Source of the DNA: Psammoneis japonica
Taxonomy: Eukaryota
DNA: 64,000 bases
Assembly (NCBI GenBank): GCA_008632985.1
Contig: QPGO01000286.1
Coordinates: 1 to 64,000, forward strand
Direction: 5' to 3'
The notes below the pieces were generated by a model. The model had not been told where the DNA came from and searched no databases. It worked only from the letters and a program-made list of their open reading frames with translations. Below are positions 38,450 to 51,500 of this stretch, in pieces. The number at the start of each line of letters is the position of its first letter. Position 1 is the stretch's first letter. Position numbers and translations under genes: made by a program.

Positions 38450-39846
38450 CTGCTCCTTCTCTCTCCCACCTGCTGACACTCCTCCACTCCAAATGCCCAA
38501 GCTCCTGCGTGCTCACCTCTCTTCTGTCCATAAACACCGCAGTGTCCGGACCATCCCTGACTGACTCTTTCTTCGACCTTCATAACCTGCATCCATGCCA
38601 TGACGACATACACTGCCAACGCACCACCAAAATGTGTCTCCGCGATACATGCTTACATACCGGTACCCATGTTTGTAACGCTCATTACCAGCCACGCATG
38701 GTTCTTCCCGACACATTACTTCACCCAACTCGTAATCATGATTCTGTTCTTGTGGAAAACAAGCAAAAGCAGCTTCTTATTAATGTCTTGGGAAGACACA
38801 TTCGGTACGTCCAAGCGATGGACTTGAGGACTGGAAAGCAATGGGCACAAACTACACCTAGTAACGACCCAAAAGGATTCCCATTGAACAACCTTAATCA
38901 CGTATACACTGTTCTTGTCGACAGTTTGAAGGGTGACGGAAAGGATCTATGGTTGCCGTGCGGGTTCAACGGCGATGAAGTCAATGAAGAGAAGAGCATC
39001 CAATATGCTCGCATACTAGATCTCAAGACCCTGAAAATACGATTGGGTCCAAAGCTTCCATATCCTGGCGGAGCCTGTGTCGCTCAAGCTCTTGAAATTA
39101 TACCAAACGAACCGCCCATGATTTGCACCTTTGGAGGCATGGTGGATAGTCACGAGTCAGGGGAATTCATACCCTACTCTACTTGTTACGATCGTGTGCG
39201 TAAGAAATGGTGGTTTCCTTTTGGAAAGTTACCCATGGCTTTTGATCACGGAAGTATTTCCTATGTGCCTTCCAACACCTGTAATCCTGGAGACCCTGCA
39301 AGGCTACTGATTCTCAATTTTCGCACCGAGTCATACGGGAAACAAAGAGGGGAAATAATGGCGTTTGACCTCCCTTCAGAGGGATGGAGTCATGAAGACA
39401 TTGCAGCAAAGAAGAAAGGAGATCCCGGCAACTGGTATATTTACCAAAATGTAACTTACAGTGGTCCAGATGACGTTGTTAATTGCCCTCGAGATGCAAG
39501 TGGAACAGTGACAGCGAATAATGGAAGAAATATTCTCAATTACGGTGGCGTCTACTATCATTGGACCACTGGCGAGCGTGACTGGCAACGCTTTTCGGTT
39601 GTGCGGTCCTTTGATGTTTGTACAAAGCAGTGGTCGGCTGTTGGTGATATAGGTGTACAAACCTTTGCTCTCCAGACAGTGGCCAGCCAAGAGCTGCAAA
39701 TTAGTATAACATGCGGTGGTTTGAGCCATTGGTACGTGAGACGCAACGAGACCGAGAACAGTCCATGGTGCATCGTGAACCGTCTCGGGAAACATGGCAC
39801 TTTTCAGAATCGGCACGGCAAACCAGCTTTTGGAGATTGGTTCTGA
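38450..39846 (+). CDS. Kelch/beta-propeller-like protein; 5' end uncertain and abutting the LTR
   Basis: Long ORF with normal composition and Kelch-like GG..YD..W repeats (TFGG..CYDRVRKKW; NYGG..FDVCTKQW). Possible ATGs at 38632 and 38698. Confidence 0.7.
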
Positions 39847-40356
39847 ACTGAAATTTGCGTTCACTCGATGCCCGTTGATAACCTTGCTTTGGTTTTTGGG
39901 TGTAGTGTGATTGAGAATTGACACTACTAATCATATCCAGTGCACAAATAAAATAGAAAAGATTGAATCTTGGATACGGCCACTAAAGCTGGTCCTCGCG
40001 GGCAATGCGTTCGGTTTGGACTTTGGACCTTGTCCGAATCCAAACCAGAGAGAATTGATGAATCATAGGATTCCGAACATAATTGCTACAGTACAAAAAT
40101 ATCCCAGAAACACGTATCCTGTCTAAAAGGTCGATGAGAACTTGGTCACAAAGCGATTGGCCCTGAGAAATGACGTACTTGATTGTTCAGACTTGATTGT
40201 CAACAAAGCGAGTGCGGAAAGATTGTCTGGTATACTTTTCTTGGCGGACTCATTTTTTACTACCAAATACATGAGGGCCATATAACTCCAACCATGAAAT
40301 TGCTTGACGAGGATCCACCCACCACCCAAAGTGGCGAAGAGACTTGTGCAATAGGT

Positions 40357-41729
40357 TCATTTCGTTCCTAATAGCGACAAGATGGTCACTCCTGCAACGG
40401 CCAATGCGGCGCCAAAGAAGCTTCTGTAACTAGGCCTTTCCTTTTGAATAAGCCATACAAGTGGCAATGCATAAAGCGGCCCAACTGAACCCAGTGTTAA
40501 CGCCAATGCAAGTGCAATTTGAAACAGCGCATAGTTGCTCAGGGCGGGGCATAAAAACGTCACAAACAAAACTCCCAAAGACACCTTCATCCAATTGCGA
40601 CGTTTCATGGTTGGAAGCAAATACCATCTATCACTTTTCTTTTCGCAAGAGTGATTGACGCTTCCACATTCAGTCATTTCCCTGTCTTTATTGTGATTGA
40701 GAGTGTCGTTCTTCTTCCCTTGACAGTAGCTCCTTATTTGAAGGATGGCTGACAAAGATAGCATGGAGGCACCCGCAAATCCAAAACGCTATGTGATTGA
40801 CAAAGGAAAAAGGAGAATTAGCGACACAAAAAGAGAAACAACAAAACTCTCCATCCGAACCCTCGACTGTTTCTCACTATTAAACTGATTTCCCATGTAG
40901 TCATGCCCTGTCCATATTCTTTGGTCAATAGTGAACCAAACGTGTCTAGTAGCACGTTGAGAAAAGCCATGCTATAGCCAAGTCTGTATCGTCGACGACG
41001 TGATTTCTTGTGCCCGTCATCGCCGTCGTTCTGACTTGCATTGCACTGATCCAACTCTCGCGTTTCGTCTATCGACTGGGATACATTTGCAAGAGACGAG
41101 GAACCCGTAACGTCTGTTGTGCCTGTTTCTTTATTCTCAGCAGACGACGCACCATCTTCTGAAACAATTTCAATGCACAAGTCACTGTCATCGGCTCCTT
41201 TTTTCTGTTCCGTTTCACCCTTTGAATTCTCTTGGCGTTCAATCGAGCTACTTCCTTCACTGTTAGATTCTTCCGTTCCTCGTTCTTTCTCCAAACTGAC
41301 AACCAAGACACCAATTACCGTGAGCGCCATGCCTCCAAACGCGGCGGGTGGCAAAGCTTCTCCTAGAATTGTCCAACCAAACAACGCTGCCAGGAATGGT
41401 TTGCAAGTATCGACCACAATCACACGAGTTGCTCCAATCAACCGTAAGCCCTCCAGCCAGGTCCAGTCTCCAATAAGGATACCAATGACACTCGAGAAAA
41501 TGAGGAAACCAACATTTTGCGCCGTAAAAATATCGGAAGGGAACAGAGGCTCATTCCGAACGACTCGTGTCATTATGCTAAACAGCAGAAAACCAAAGGA
41601 TGCCACTGTACACTTGTACATGTTGAGAGCAAATGCGCTGCCTTTCCAGAAGCTATCCCAAATGACAAACCCCAACGTCATGGCAAGAGGTGCAGCGAGG
41701 GCCGCGAGAATGCCCGTGGTTGCCGACAT
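40357..41729 (-). CDS. EamA/DMT-family membrane transporter; exons 41729-40878 and 40788-40357
   Basis: Two hydrophobic halves (PFLAALFGWTILGE; GPLYALPLVWLIQKE) separated by an acidic loop. An 89-bp GT..AG intron joins them in frame (SLI|RFG). Confidence 0.9.
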
Positions 41730-43299
41730 TTTTTCGGCAAATAACAGGGGCGAAACACTCTAGAAGATCTCAATCAGTTTTTGGCTTTCTAACTTCTCGG
41801 TTTCATTGATACTTCTGTCTCACACCGGTATTGAGTATGCATCGCTCTGTCCTTTCATTGCTCATTGCGTTTTGGAGTTCTGAGTCAGAGCTTGCAGGTT
41901 TCAGGTGTCAGGGTCAGAGAGTTTCGCGTGCACGTGCGCGAAATTCGGACAAGTGGACGGACGGAATCGGGCTTCTGTCAATAAATAAATCAAGCAATCC
42001 AAATCATGCATTGTCAGTCGGAGAATTCAATTTCGCGCACCGAAAGCAAGTGTCATTCTCTCGACAACATTGGACGATGTTGACGACGCTGGGTGCGAAG
42101 ATCTACGTCGTGCATCACCGCTTGAGAGGAGCCTGCATCAACACTGTGTTGCTCTGGTGTTGTCAGGAGCAGAGCTCTCAATCAGCCTGAAGCCCCCCCC
42201 CCCCCCCCCCCGAGGCTCCAGGCTTGTTCGTCACTGTGTCTGCCTCACACTTGTGCTGAGCTCAAGTCAGTGAATCATGGTTCTGTTCTCTTGTTTTTTT
42301 TTTTTAAACTTGCCTTGTTGAAATTTGCCATCATGTGGAGTCAACTCTCGTGTTGCTCATTTGAAGGCAACTGGTCAATTGCAAGATGAAAAAAAGAAGG
42401 ATTTTGCATGGGCATCACAACTCTGTGCTCGCATTTGCTGTCAGCCACACAACCCAGTTGTGCCGCACTTTTGTTTCATTGTCTCACTTGTTTTCTTTGA
42501 TGCACCCATCTTCATTGCTCATGTGCAAGGAGGCACTTGAGTTGGCACGAACAACAATGGCTGACAGTTTGGTGTTGGTGTGGGTGCCATTTTGTTGAGA
42601 CCGAATTTCTTCATCATTGCAAAGCAGCACTGTGGCGTGCCCTGCACTTGGTTTGAATCAAACGAGCATCCAAAAATCATGCAAACAACAACTCTGAACA
42701 TGATGGCACACACATCTGTGTTGTCTCTCTGTGGCAAGTGATGCTCTTGTGAATGAGTTGAGCTGATGTGAAGTTGATGCAGCAATCATTGACAATGCTC
42801 TCAATCAACTGACACACAATTTTGCCACAAAATGTTTTTCCCTGTGTTGTGGAGCACACCATGGTTTCACATTTCATTTGTGTGGTCACTCTTGATTTTG
42901 TTTGGTGCATGAATGTCCGGCTCACATTGTGATTTGTGCAGCACTGGACCCTGCTGAATGAAAACAGAGAGAGTTGTTCTGCAGCAAGGCAGAACTCTTG
43001 TTTTTGTTGTGCTGGCAAGGCTGTCAGCTTCACAACTCACACTGGCCCCTGCTGAACAAAAAAAGAGTGCTCAAGTTTTCAACCCATCTTTTGGTCAAGC
43101 AGATTGTGAATCAAAACAAGCACCCAAGAAACCATGCAAGCAACAACACATTGACCGCAGGTTGGTGTTGGCACATGCTGCACACAATCAACTCCAGCCA
43201 GATGAAAGAGAGCACACCATTCAGTGCTCTGGAGAAACACACACATTGTTGGAAGTGCACCTTCCTGCCTTTGGCTTGTCCAAAGAGTGCTGAGATGCA

Positions 43300-43560
43300 A
43301 GGCACTCCATGGCTTTTGCATGTCATCATGTGTGCTTTGGTTGTGAGCGACCAGCTCGAGGCGGTCACGGGAGAATTGCTCGCCTCAGATCCACACACAA
43401 TTGCACTCCAAGAGTGTCCTTCTGCAGATTGGGCCTCACAAGCAGCAGCTTTGGTGGATGACTGTGTTTTGATTGGATTTGCAGCTTTGCATGCGGGTCA
43501 TGTCGCATTGTTGGTCAAGAAGGAGCTCATTTTGGAACAAGAGCGTCGAGTTTGTCACGG
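43300..43560 (+). pseudogene. Possible endonuclease/exonuclease/phosphatase (TDP2-like) fragment
   Basis: DPHTIALQECP resembles the EEP PDIIxLQE motif, followed by HAGHVALLV. Short and TpA-depleted. Confidence 0.4.
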
Positions 43561-44369
43561 TGACGAGGTGATTTTGAACAAGACTATAACCGAAATCAAC
43601 AGTACTTGAGATTCGTCCCATGAGGTTCACATTCATATACATTTTGACAAGGGGTCTGCAGTGGCGGACATTACAAACACGAGTACATTGATGGTGGAGC
43701 CTACCGGTTCTGAATCTTGTCGGCTTATTGGTACCTTTGCGATTGCCTCTTCTTCCATAATGGATCAAGTTATTAGGGTGTTTTGGAATGAAATCAGCAA
43801 AAGGGCTTTTCAAGAAGAACTACAAGATTATGAAAAAGAATCTTTGAAACGATACCAAAAGGAATCATCATCAAGTACTGAATCATCTGGTGGATAGGTT
43901 ACGTACCTCCTATACGTAGATATCAGTTGTCTTTCGTGTAACAATGCTACAGGAGTATCTTACAGAAAGATAGTGCGTAACGGAAACCAACACAGAGGAG
44001 AGAACAATGCTTTCACCGACACGTCTCAGGAGGCAAATAACAAACTACTTGATCTCACATGAGTCCCGAAAGTTGAACCGTCAGCCGTACGGTGTCATTG
44101 GAAAGTATTCATCGTGGAAAACTATCTGCAGTGCAGAAATATTAATGATCAGCCCTTTCTAACTTTCCAATAAGTCATCTGGGTGTTGGCGAGTCCTGCG
44201 CTCTCCCTCGATCCCTGCTAATCACGACATCACGACTTTTTATGTTTGTTGGTCTTATATTACTATCTTACATGTTCTAATCCCCCAGCTTGTCTACTGC
44301 ATCAGCAAAATGGTAGGTATCTGAAGCTTCACAAGTCAAGCACTGCTCGAGCCTACGCTTTGCTGAAGC

Positions 44370-45621
44370 TTACTTGCTATTGGTGCGCATTCTCTTGCCA
44401 CGTGGGGAGACTACATCTGCTTCCTCCTTCGATTGATGGCGCGTGAGACGCCGAGCCTCCTTCATCACTTCACGAGCTCGCTTTCGACTTCCTTGACGTT
44501 CCTCGTGAGCCTGCTTTCGAAGACCGTCGAGGCGTGTAACCAGTGAAGAAAGCGATTCGATTTCCTTCTCGGAGGACTCGCAAAGAGTCCTCCCAAGATC
44601 TTGATTCTGTTCTTTTAGATCGTTCACAAGCTTGGCAAGCTCTTCAATCCGCTCCTTGACCGAATCCGAGAGAGATGCAGTACTTTCTTCATCAGCGGCG
44701 GCTACATCAACGTTGACCTCCATATTGAGAAGCTCTGCCAAATTCTCTGGCGCATTCTCCACCAAACGATCAAGATTCTCCGTGACTGAATCGGATATCG
44801 AAAAAGAATTTTGGTCATCTGAGGAGCTGTTGTCAACATTTCCCGTACTTGAGGATGTTGGCGTACTAGGTGAGCTGATGACGGGAGAGGCTGGTTGATC
44901 AAGACCCTCTGCTTTAAGCCTATTTGCATTGCGTTGCTTTCGACTCGCTTGGAGCTCCTCGTACGCATCATCTCGAACGATGGAAAGGCCATCAATTATG
45001 CCAGCACGGTCCTCGATGTCCTTCTCAAACGCATCGCCAATAAGCGTCTGTAACTCCTGGTTCTTGTCCTCAAGTTCCTGCTTTTGTGCTGCAAGATCCT
45101 GATTTCGTGCTTCAAGTTTATTGTGCTTGTCTCCAAGTTCCTTGTTTCGTGCTTCAAGTTTATGGTTCTTGTCTCCAATTCCCTTGTTTCGTGCTTCAAG
45201 TTTATGGTTCTTGTCTCCAAGTTCCTTTGTTCGTGCTTCAAGCTTATGGTTCTTGTCTTCAAGTTCCTGCTTACGTGCTTCAAGATCCTGCTTCTTGTCT
45301 TCGAGTTCCTGTTTTTTTTTCTCCGAGTTCTTGGCTTTGTGCTCGTAGTTCCCGGTTCTGTGCTCGCTGTTCCAGCAGCTCTTCTTCGAGTTCTTTGATG
45401 TAGACTTTACTGTCGTGGGCTTCTTCCTTGAAGTGATCAGCATCCATCAAACGAAAGCGATGACACATATTGGCTGAGAGTTGATCATGAAATGAAACCT
45501 GTAGCTCTCTAGGGAGACGTGCGAGGAGCGTTTTGCAGCGTTCGACGCACTGAGTGTGCTTCTCGTCATCGCATAAATCGACCTTTTGGAGCTCGGCAAT
45601 CATCTGCGAGGCCTCTGTCAT
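44370..45621 (-). CDS. Coiled-coil protein with 14-aa (42-bp) repeats; one frameshift in a T9 run
   Basis: ORF from 45621 (..QELGEKK) continues in another frame (KQELEDK..HKLEARNK repeats) across the homopolymer 45312-45320. Confidence 0.65.
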
Positions 45622-48600
45622 GATCTTGACGATTGCTGCGTGATTGTAACATCAATTAACAAGAATGGGCGTCAACAATGGTTTACTGGAGATGCGGAAA
45701 GAAAACGACCGATACAAACAACGATGTCCTGACACATACCCATTGCAGCAACAGATCCATCTTTTCCAGACGCCATAATGCTCTTTCTTCGAGACTTGGC
45801 CTTCTTTGCTTTCTGACCCAAAATAGAGATACAAACAACGACGCAATGAAGGAAATGAGAAGAAATGGATTGGACTTGCGTTCTTCTCCGTGAAAACGGC
45901 CGTAACGTAGAATTTGTATCAAAGCCTGCGATCCGAAACGCAGTAACGGCAGCATGGGACCAAGGCAACGGCTAATTGCTAAACTGCAACGGCTGTCTCT
46001 CAAAGCAGTAGGTTGACAAAACCACATCCAGAGCTCATGACGACGACTCGAAAGAAAGAGAATCAGCCCGGATAGGCATCACATCACATCATGGTTCGGT
46101 GTGCAGCGGCTAATACAGCATCCACATTATCTACCCGCAATATACACACAAACACGACAAATATATGCGCACAAAACCCCACGCTGGACTTTTTTTGTTC
46201 AACAAAAAAGACGAAACGCATACTCACAAAGAGCCGCCCTCCACGCTGATTTACAACCACTCACCTTTTTGGCTGCGGCACTCACGTGCGATGTTTTGAC
46301 CGTACGAGCGCTTGAATAGGACGTGACACTGGCATTGTCGTTCGACATGGTATAGATGTCGTAGCAAACAAAATCTCAAGAGATTATTGTGTCGTCTCTG
46401 TCAAGAATGAACAAAGTGCGAGTGAACAAGAGAGAGACGAGCTTGCCACGATCAAATTTCTCAACGAGGTTTGAGAAACGTGTTTCGAGCGTCATTTTCG
46501 GAAGAAAATAAAATATGTTTGGTGCTTGGGCAAACAAGCAAGGTGCGGTGGAAATTCTCTCTAATTCTACAGATGCGTGACATTCCCTCCACCATCAAAG
46601 AAATGTAACAGTGACGGGATAGCATCTTGGTCCATGACGACGGTGAAGACACACGGCAGCAGAGAGAAAGCAGATCGATTTTTGATGCACTGTTCTTTTT
46701 GTACAGGCAACAATAAGGTGCCAAGGCGGGAAATCATGGGATCGCTTGATGCGAAAACTGCACTTGACCGTTGCAAAGGAACCATGAGGTTTGTTACATC
46801 GCGTCCGTCAAAACCAGAATCACCATGGTGCGATATGGACGCTGCGTGGCATTTTTTTACCTGGTGTGGGCAGAAGGTTTTGATTAACTCGACTCGAGCG
46901 AAGCGAGAGTCATCTCGCAAAAGTAACCCGGATGTTAAAGTGGGGAGAACTGACAACTGCACAAGCACCCATCACCCCAAAGGCAGCTGCACTCAAGGAC
47001 AAGGAATGGCATGCAAAGCAAAATGTAACATACAGACAAGGAGCTTGTGCAGAAACAGGGTGTCCAGCCAGCACACCAGCACCAGCAGAGGAGGCTGCAA
47101 GAGGAGGCAGAGCACAGCACAAAGAAGCAAGAAGAGAAGCCACCACAGAAGGGGCAAGAGCCTGCACAGAGGACAGTTGGCATGTGGTGTGCCTTGAAGA
47201 ACCAGGTGGATGGGTGAACAAAATGCCAAAAAAAGGGGAAATTGTGAGACTTCTTTGGGAGCTACAAGCAAGCAGTTGTGTGAGATGCTTTGCAGCACAC
47301 AACCCAACAAAAGCTCATTGCCGCCCCAGCAGGCCAGCCAAGAATCTCTGTGTGTTGTCCATGACCAAGCAGCACCCTGAACAGTGTTTTCAACACCACT
47401 TTGGGGTGTGACCCAGTTGTCATTGAGAGCTGCCTCACCAAAAACTGCTCCAGTGCTTGTTGACGAATGTCCAAAAGTGCGCACGCGAAAGCTCGCCGGA
47501 GCTTGCTGAAGATGTCTCTCTGCTGCTGTGCACTGAAGAAAAGGCAGAAGTTCACAGGCGTGCAGCATCTGAGGTGGCCAGAAATGATTTCCAGCGTGTG
47601 CCAGTGCAAGGCAAGCAGTGGCAAAAGCAGGGTGGGAAAGCAAAGGCTTGCTTTGGTGAGGATGGCATGGGCAAAGTCAAGAAGCCACACAGAGAGAAAC
47701 AAGCCAACTTGGTGCAGTCTTGGCACCAGGTGGTGGCCAAAGAGTGCACACCATTGTGCGCAGCAACTGCTTGTCAGGTGCCAGCCAACAAGAGGCTCAG
47801 CAGCGGCAGCGCTGGCCAGCTCCCAGCTGCCAGAGCTCGGCCAGCCTCTCACATTGCCAACTCAGAACACTTTGTGGCAGAGTTGAAAAGCAAAATGCTT
47901 TGATCACTGTGTGCAGCATGGCGGCAGGAAGGAAGTGGGTGAGACAAGCTTGAGGTGGGCGAGACAAGCTTGCTCTCCTCTCTCGCACTGCAAAAGAAGA
48001 AACAACAACAGAGAGACAGGAAACAAGCAACAGCTGACAACAGCAATTCTTTCTGCTTGGAATGCCGTCACGTTTTCTATGTTCACTGTCCTCATTGCTT
48101 GCGTGAGACTGGCGACATTTGTGCCACAAGATCTGTCTTCTCCGTGCCCGCTGCCGCATGACGGCGTTTTAAAGCTGTGTTTGACTAACTTGATTAAAAT
48201 GGCAAAGGGGCAATGCGTGATGACTCAAAAAATTTACCCCTATAAGTAAGTAACAATTCGCCTTTATGTACGGTACAACCTTGTTACGTCCTCTGAATTG
48301 TGTACGGTACAAAATTTGTGCCGCACATAAGGGGCAATTACTTAAAGGATGACCTTCCACGTCAGCGCTGTCGTTATGTACGGTATCCCACATTGTTTGA
48401 CGACCTGCCCGCTGCGTTACTAGTCTAATATTTCGAAAGCACGGGGTTGTTGAACGGCGGACGGGCGACGAGAAAACCGTTTTTAAAAGCACAAGCGCCT
48501 TTTACCGTAAATCCGAATGTTTTGATTTCAAAAAATGCACCACTGATGATGTCAACGATGTGGGCACCATTACAACTCCACACTATCACATCTGCCACTG

Positions 48601-50474
48601 GAGAGCAGAGGTGCGACAAAAAATCCTTTCGTGTTGCATGAGGATGTTCGGCAAAGGGTGAAGCGCAACAATTCGTCTGTGGGCTTCATGCCGTTGCAAA
48701 AAAATGTTCGGCAGTGACAAGTCTGCAGTTGGTGCTGCATCTGTGCTGCAGGACATGGGAACACAACGGAACTTTGTGTGTCATTCAGAGAAAGCCACGG
48801 ATGCTCTGCGATTGGGACAAAACAGCGCTTCATCGAACCAAGTCCTCGCCTCTTGCTCAACACCAATGTTGATTGTGAGTGATGCCCCCTCAAACATCAG
48901 AGGTGTCCAACCATCTCTAACTCTTCCTTTTTTTCGCAGGGTGTGATGCATCTTCTGAAGACACAGTGCAGCCTTCAACTTCATTGGGGTTTCAAACTTC
49001 AATGGGGTTCAAAGTTTGCACAGACCCTGATGGTGTTGGCATCCCGTCCGCCATTGCTTCAAGACTCCTGCGCAACCTGGAATTTTCGCTAGATCCATCC
49101 TCTGCTGGGCTCCCATTTTGCACAGGATTGCGGCCACTGGGGAGTTCTGCTGTGGATGAATCCTCCTCTCCTTGCTTGCACTGAGCTCGAGCACTTGGTT
49201 CATTTGCTGGCGAGGACGAGGACTTCTCACTGCTTGTTCCTGAAATTTCGTCGTCGTCATTCACAAAAAAATCTTTTCCAACCCAACAACCAGCTGCAGC
49301 ATTCTGATTTTCTGAGCGGCCAGCATGGCTTTGTTCCTTGGAATCTTTGGCCACAGGAATGGAAGCGGGACGCTGGAGCACAGCGTGAGCACCATGCACC
49401 ATGTGTTGAATGCTCATCACCAGAAAGTCCTGATTGTCTTGATCCTGACAACAAATTGGCATTGCATTGTGTTGATGATTTACGAAATCACCAATCAACT
49501 TGCATGGATGCTTGCCGCTCATCTTTGAAGAAATGTTGCTTCTCGGAACGGTCATCGATGAGCTCGTTGTCATCACAGATGCCGCGTCGTCGCAGCCAGA
49601 TGTCATGTCGATTTGTCAAATCCCAGCCAATGCTCCCGTGCCAAGCCTCAAGAACTGACAACATTCATGAAGCAGTCCTGCATCCATCGCATGGCAGTGC
49701 AGCGACTGTTGATGATGGATCAGAGCATCAGAGCAGAGCCTTCATTGTGCATCATTTTGCGTGTTTTGTGTGACTCGGTTCTCGGTGCCTGCGCGCTGTG
49801 ACATGCCAGCCATGTGCGCATTAAGGCGGTTGCAGAACAAAACGGTGAAAACACGACAATTTGATTTTTCAGGATTCCCACTGTACAAGAAACGCGTGGC
49901 GCGCTACGCGCCTCATTGCCAAAAATCGGCGACGTGACGGTGATGTGTTGTCGCAACGACAGCGATGACAGCGACGTGTCCCAGAGTCTTTTGTCATCAT
50001 GGACATTTAGTTTGTTGAGTTTAAGAACGCATTCAGTCATGAAAATCCCCACGAGCAACCTCTGTTCGAAAGCAAAACGTCGTGCCAACAAGGAGCTCTG
50101 TTTTTCGACCATCGTTTTATGCACTCGAATGTCGAACAATTGAGAGTTCATCCGGGGGACTTTCTTTGCACATTGATGTGCCACACAGTGTTGTCGATTA
50201 ATGTGTCAAGTGCCCATTGCAAAGTCGTTCTGTGAGAGTGTCGGAAAAATGTCATCGCCATCGTCGGCGTCGACGGCAATTTGTCACGCAAATTGCAAAA
50301 AAAGCACGACCGTCGTCTGTCCGACATTGCGCTCCTGCGCGCAACTCCTGCGCATGCCTCAAGGGTGGGAAATCCCTTGTGTTTTCGACATGTGTTTGCA
50401 AAAAGCATGAAAAATAACTAATGTTTTAATCATTTGTGATGCAAACATGGAAAAAATGTGCCGTCGCGTTCTGC

Positions 50475-50673
50475 GCTCACCGTGCAAACAACACGACAAT
50501 GGCCAAAATGCCGTTCGTTCTCGAAAACTGACAGGGGCAGCCTCCAACTTTTTTCACAGCATGTTGCATTTGATGTGATCAACAATCTCATGAAGAAAGT
50601 TAGAGGCCGCCACACCCACATTGCGTTCAATGAACGGCATTTCGGCCATTGTCGTGTTGTTTGCACGGTGAGC
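50475..50673. repeat. 42-bp inverted repeat with a 115-bp spacer
   Basis: 50475-50516 and 50632-50673 are reverse complements with one CG/CA mismatch. Confidence 0.85.
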
Positions 50674-51132
50674 TCAGCATTCGCTCTCCAGCCTTTTGAA
50701 CGTTTTTCCACAAATTGCACGCATTTGCGAAAAACACTGTCTCATTTTAGCCGTTTTTCGTTTGAAATTTCTAAAATTCACCCCAAAACAAGGGGGTTCC
50801 CAGCCTCAATGGAATCTCCTGCAGAAGTGCATGACCGAGCATGCGGTGCGTGAGCAGATGATGAGCCTCGGGTGTGAAGAACCCATGTTGAATGGCTTTG
50901 TGTTGATTTTAAGAACATCATTTGTCAAGCGATCGAAACGCAGCAACTTTTTGTGCAACAGTCCTTCCAATCTGATGTGTGGCTTTAATGCGATCATTCA
51001 TGACGTGTTGCCCGCAGGGGTGGACAGGCACATGCACACCGCAGCAACTCGACCATCCCCTGTCTGAAATGTCTCCATCCAACGCAACGCATCGCATGCA
51101 ACAACTGCTCCATCCCCTGTCTCAGAGCCCAA

Positions 51133-51500
51133 GGAACCCCCGCGAGAAAGTTTGTAGCCCCAAGGAATGCAAGCACGAGAAGTTTGTAAAGCGTCGGGAA
51201 ACCCCGCGAGAAAGTTTGCAGCCCCCCAGGAAAGCAAGCGCAAGAAGTTTGTAGAGCGTCAAGAACCCCCACAAGAAAGTTTCTAGCCCCCCAGGAACGC
51301 AAGCGCGAGAAGTTTGTAGAGCGTCAGGAAGCCCCGAGAGAAGTTTGTAGCCCCCCAGGAATGCAAGCGCGACAAGTTTGTAGAGCGTCAGGAACCCCCG
51401 TGAGAAAGTTTGCAGCCCCCCAGGAACGCAAGCGCGAGAAGTTTGTACAGCAGAACGTCAGGAACCCCAGCGAGAAAGTTTGTAACCTCAAAGGACCCCA
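51133..51500. repeat. Minisatellite, ~64-bp unit, about 6 copies
   Basis: ggaaccccgcgagaaagtttgtagcccccaggaatgcaagcgcgagaagtttgtagagcgtca repeated head to tail. Confidence 0.9.

Noticed and set aside
38450..38690. Leakage of the mutator from the LTR into the Kelch gene 5' end
   Set aside because: The TpA-free stretch is only about 80 bp and the true gene start is unknown, so it cannot be supported.
51133..51500. CRISPR-like array
   Set aside because: Head-to-tail minisatellite with no unique spacers, no cas genes and a eukaryotic context.
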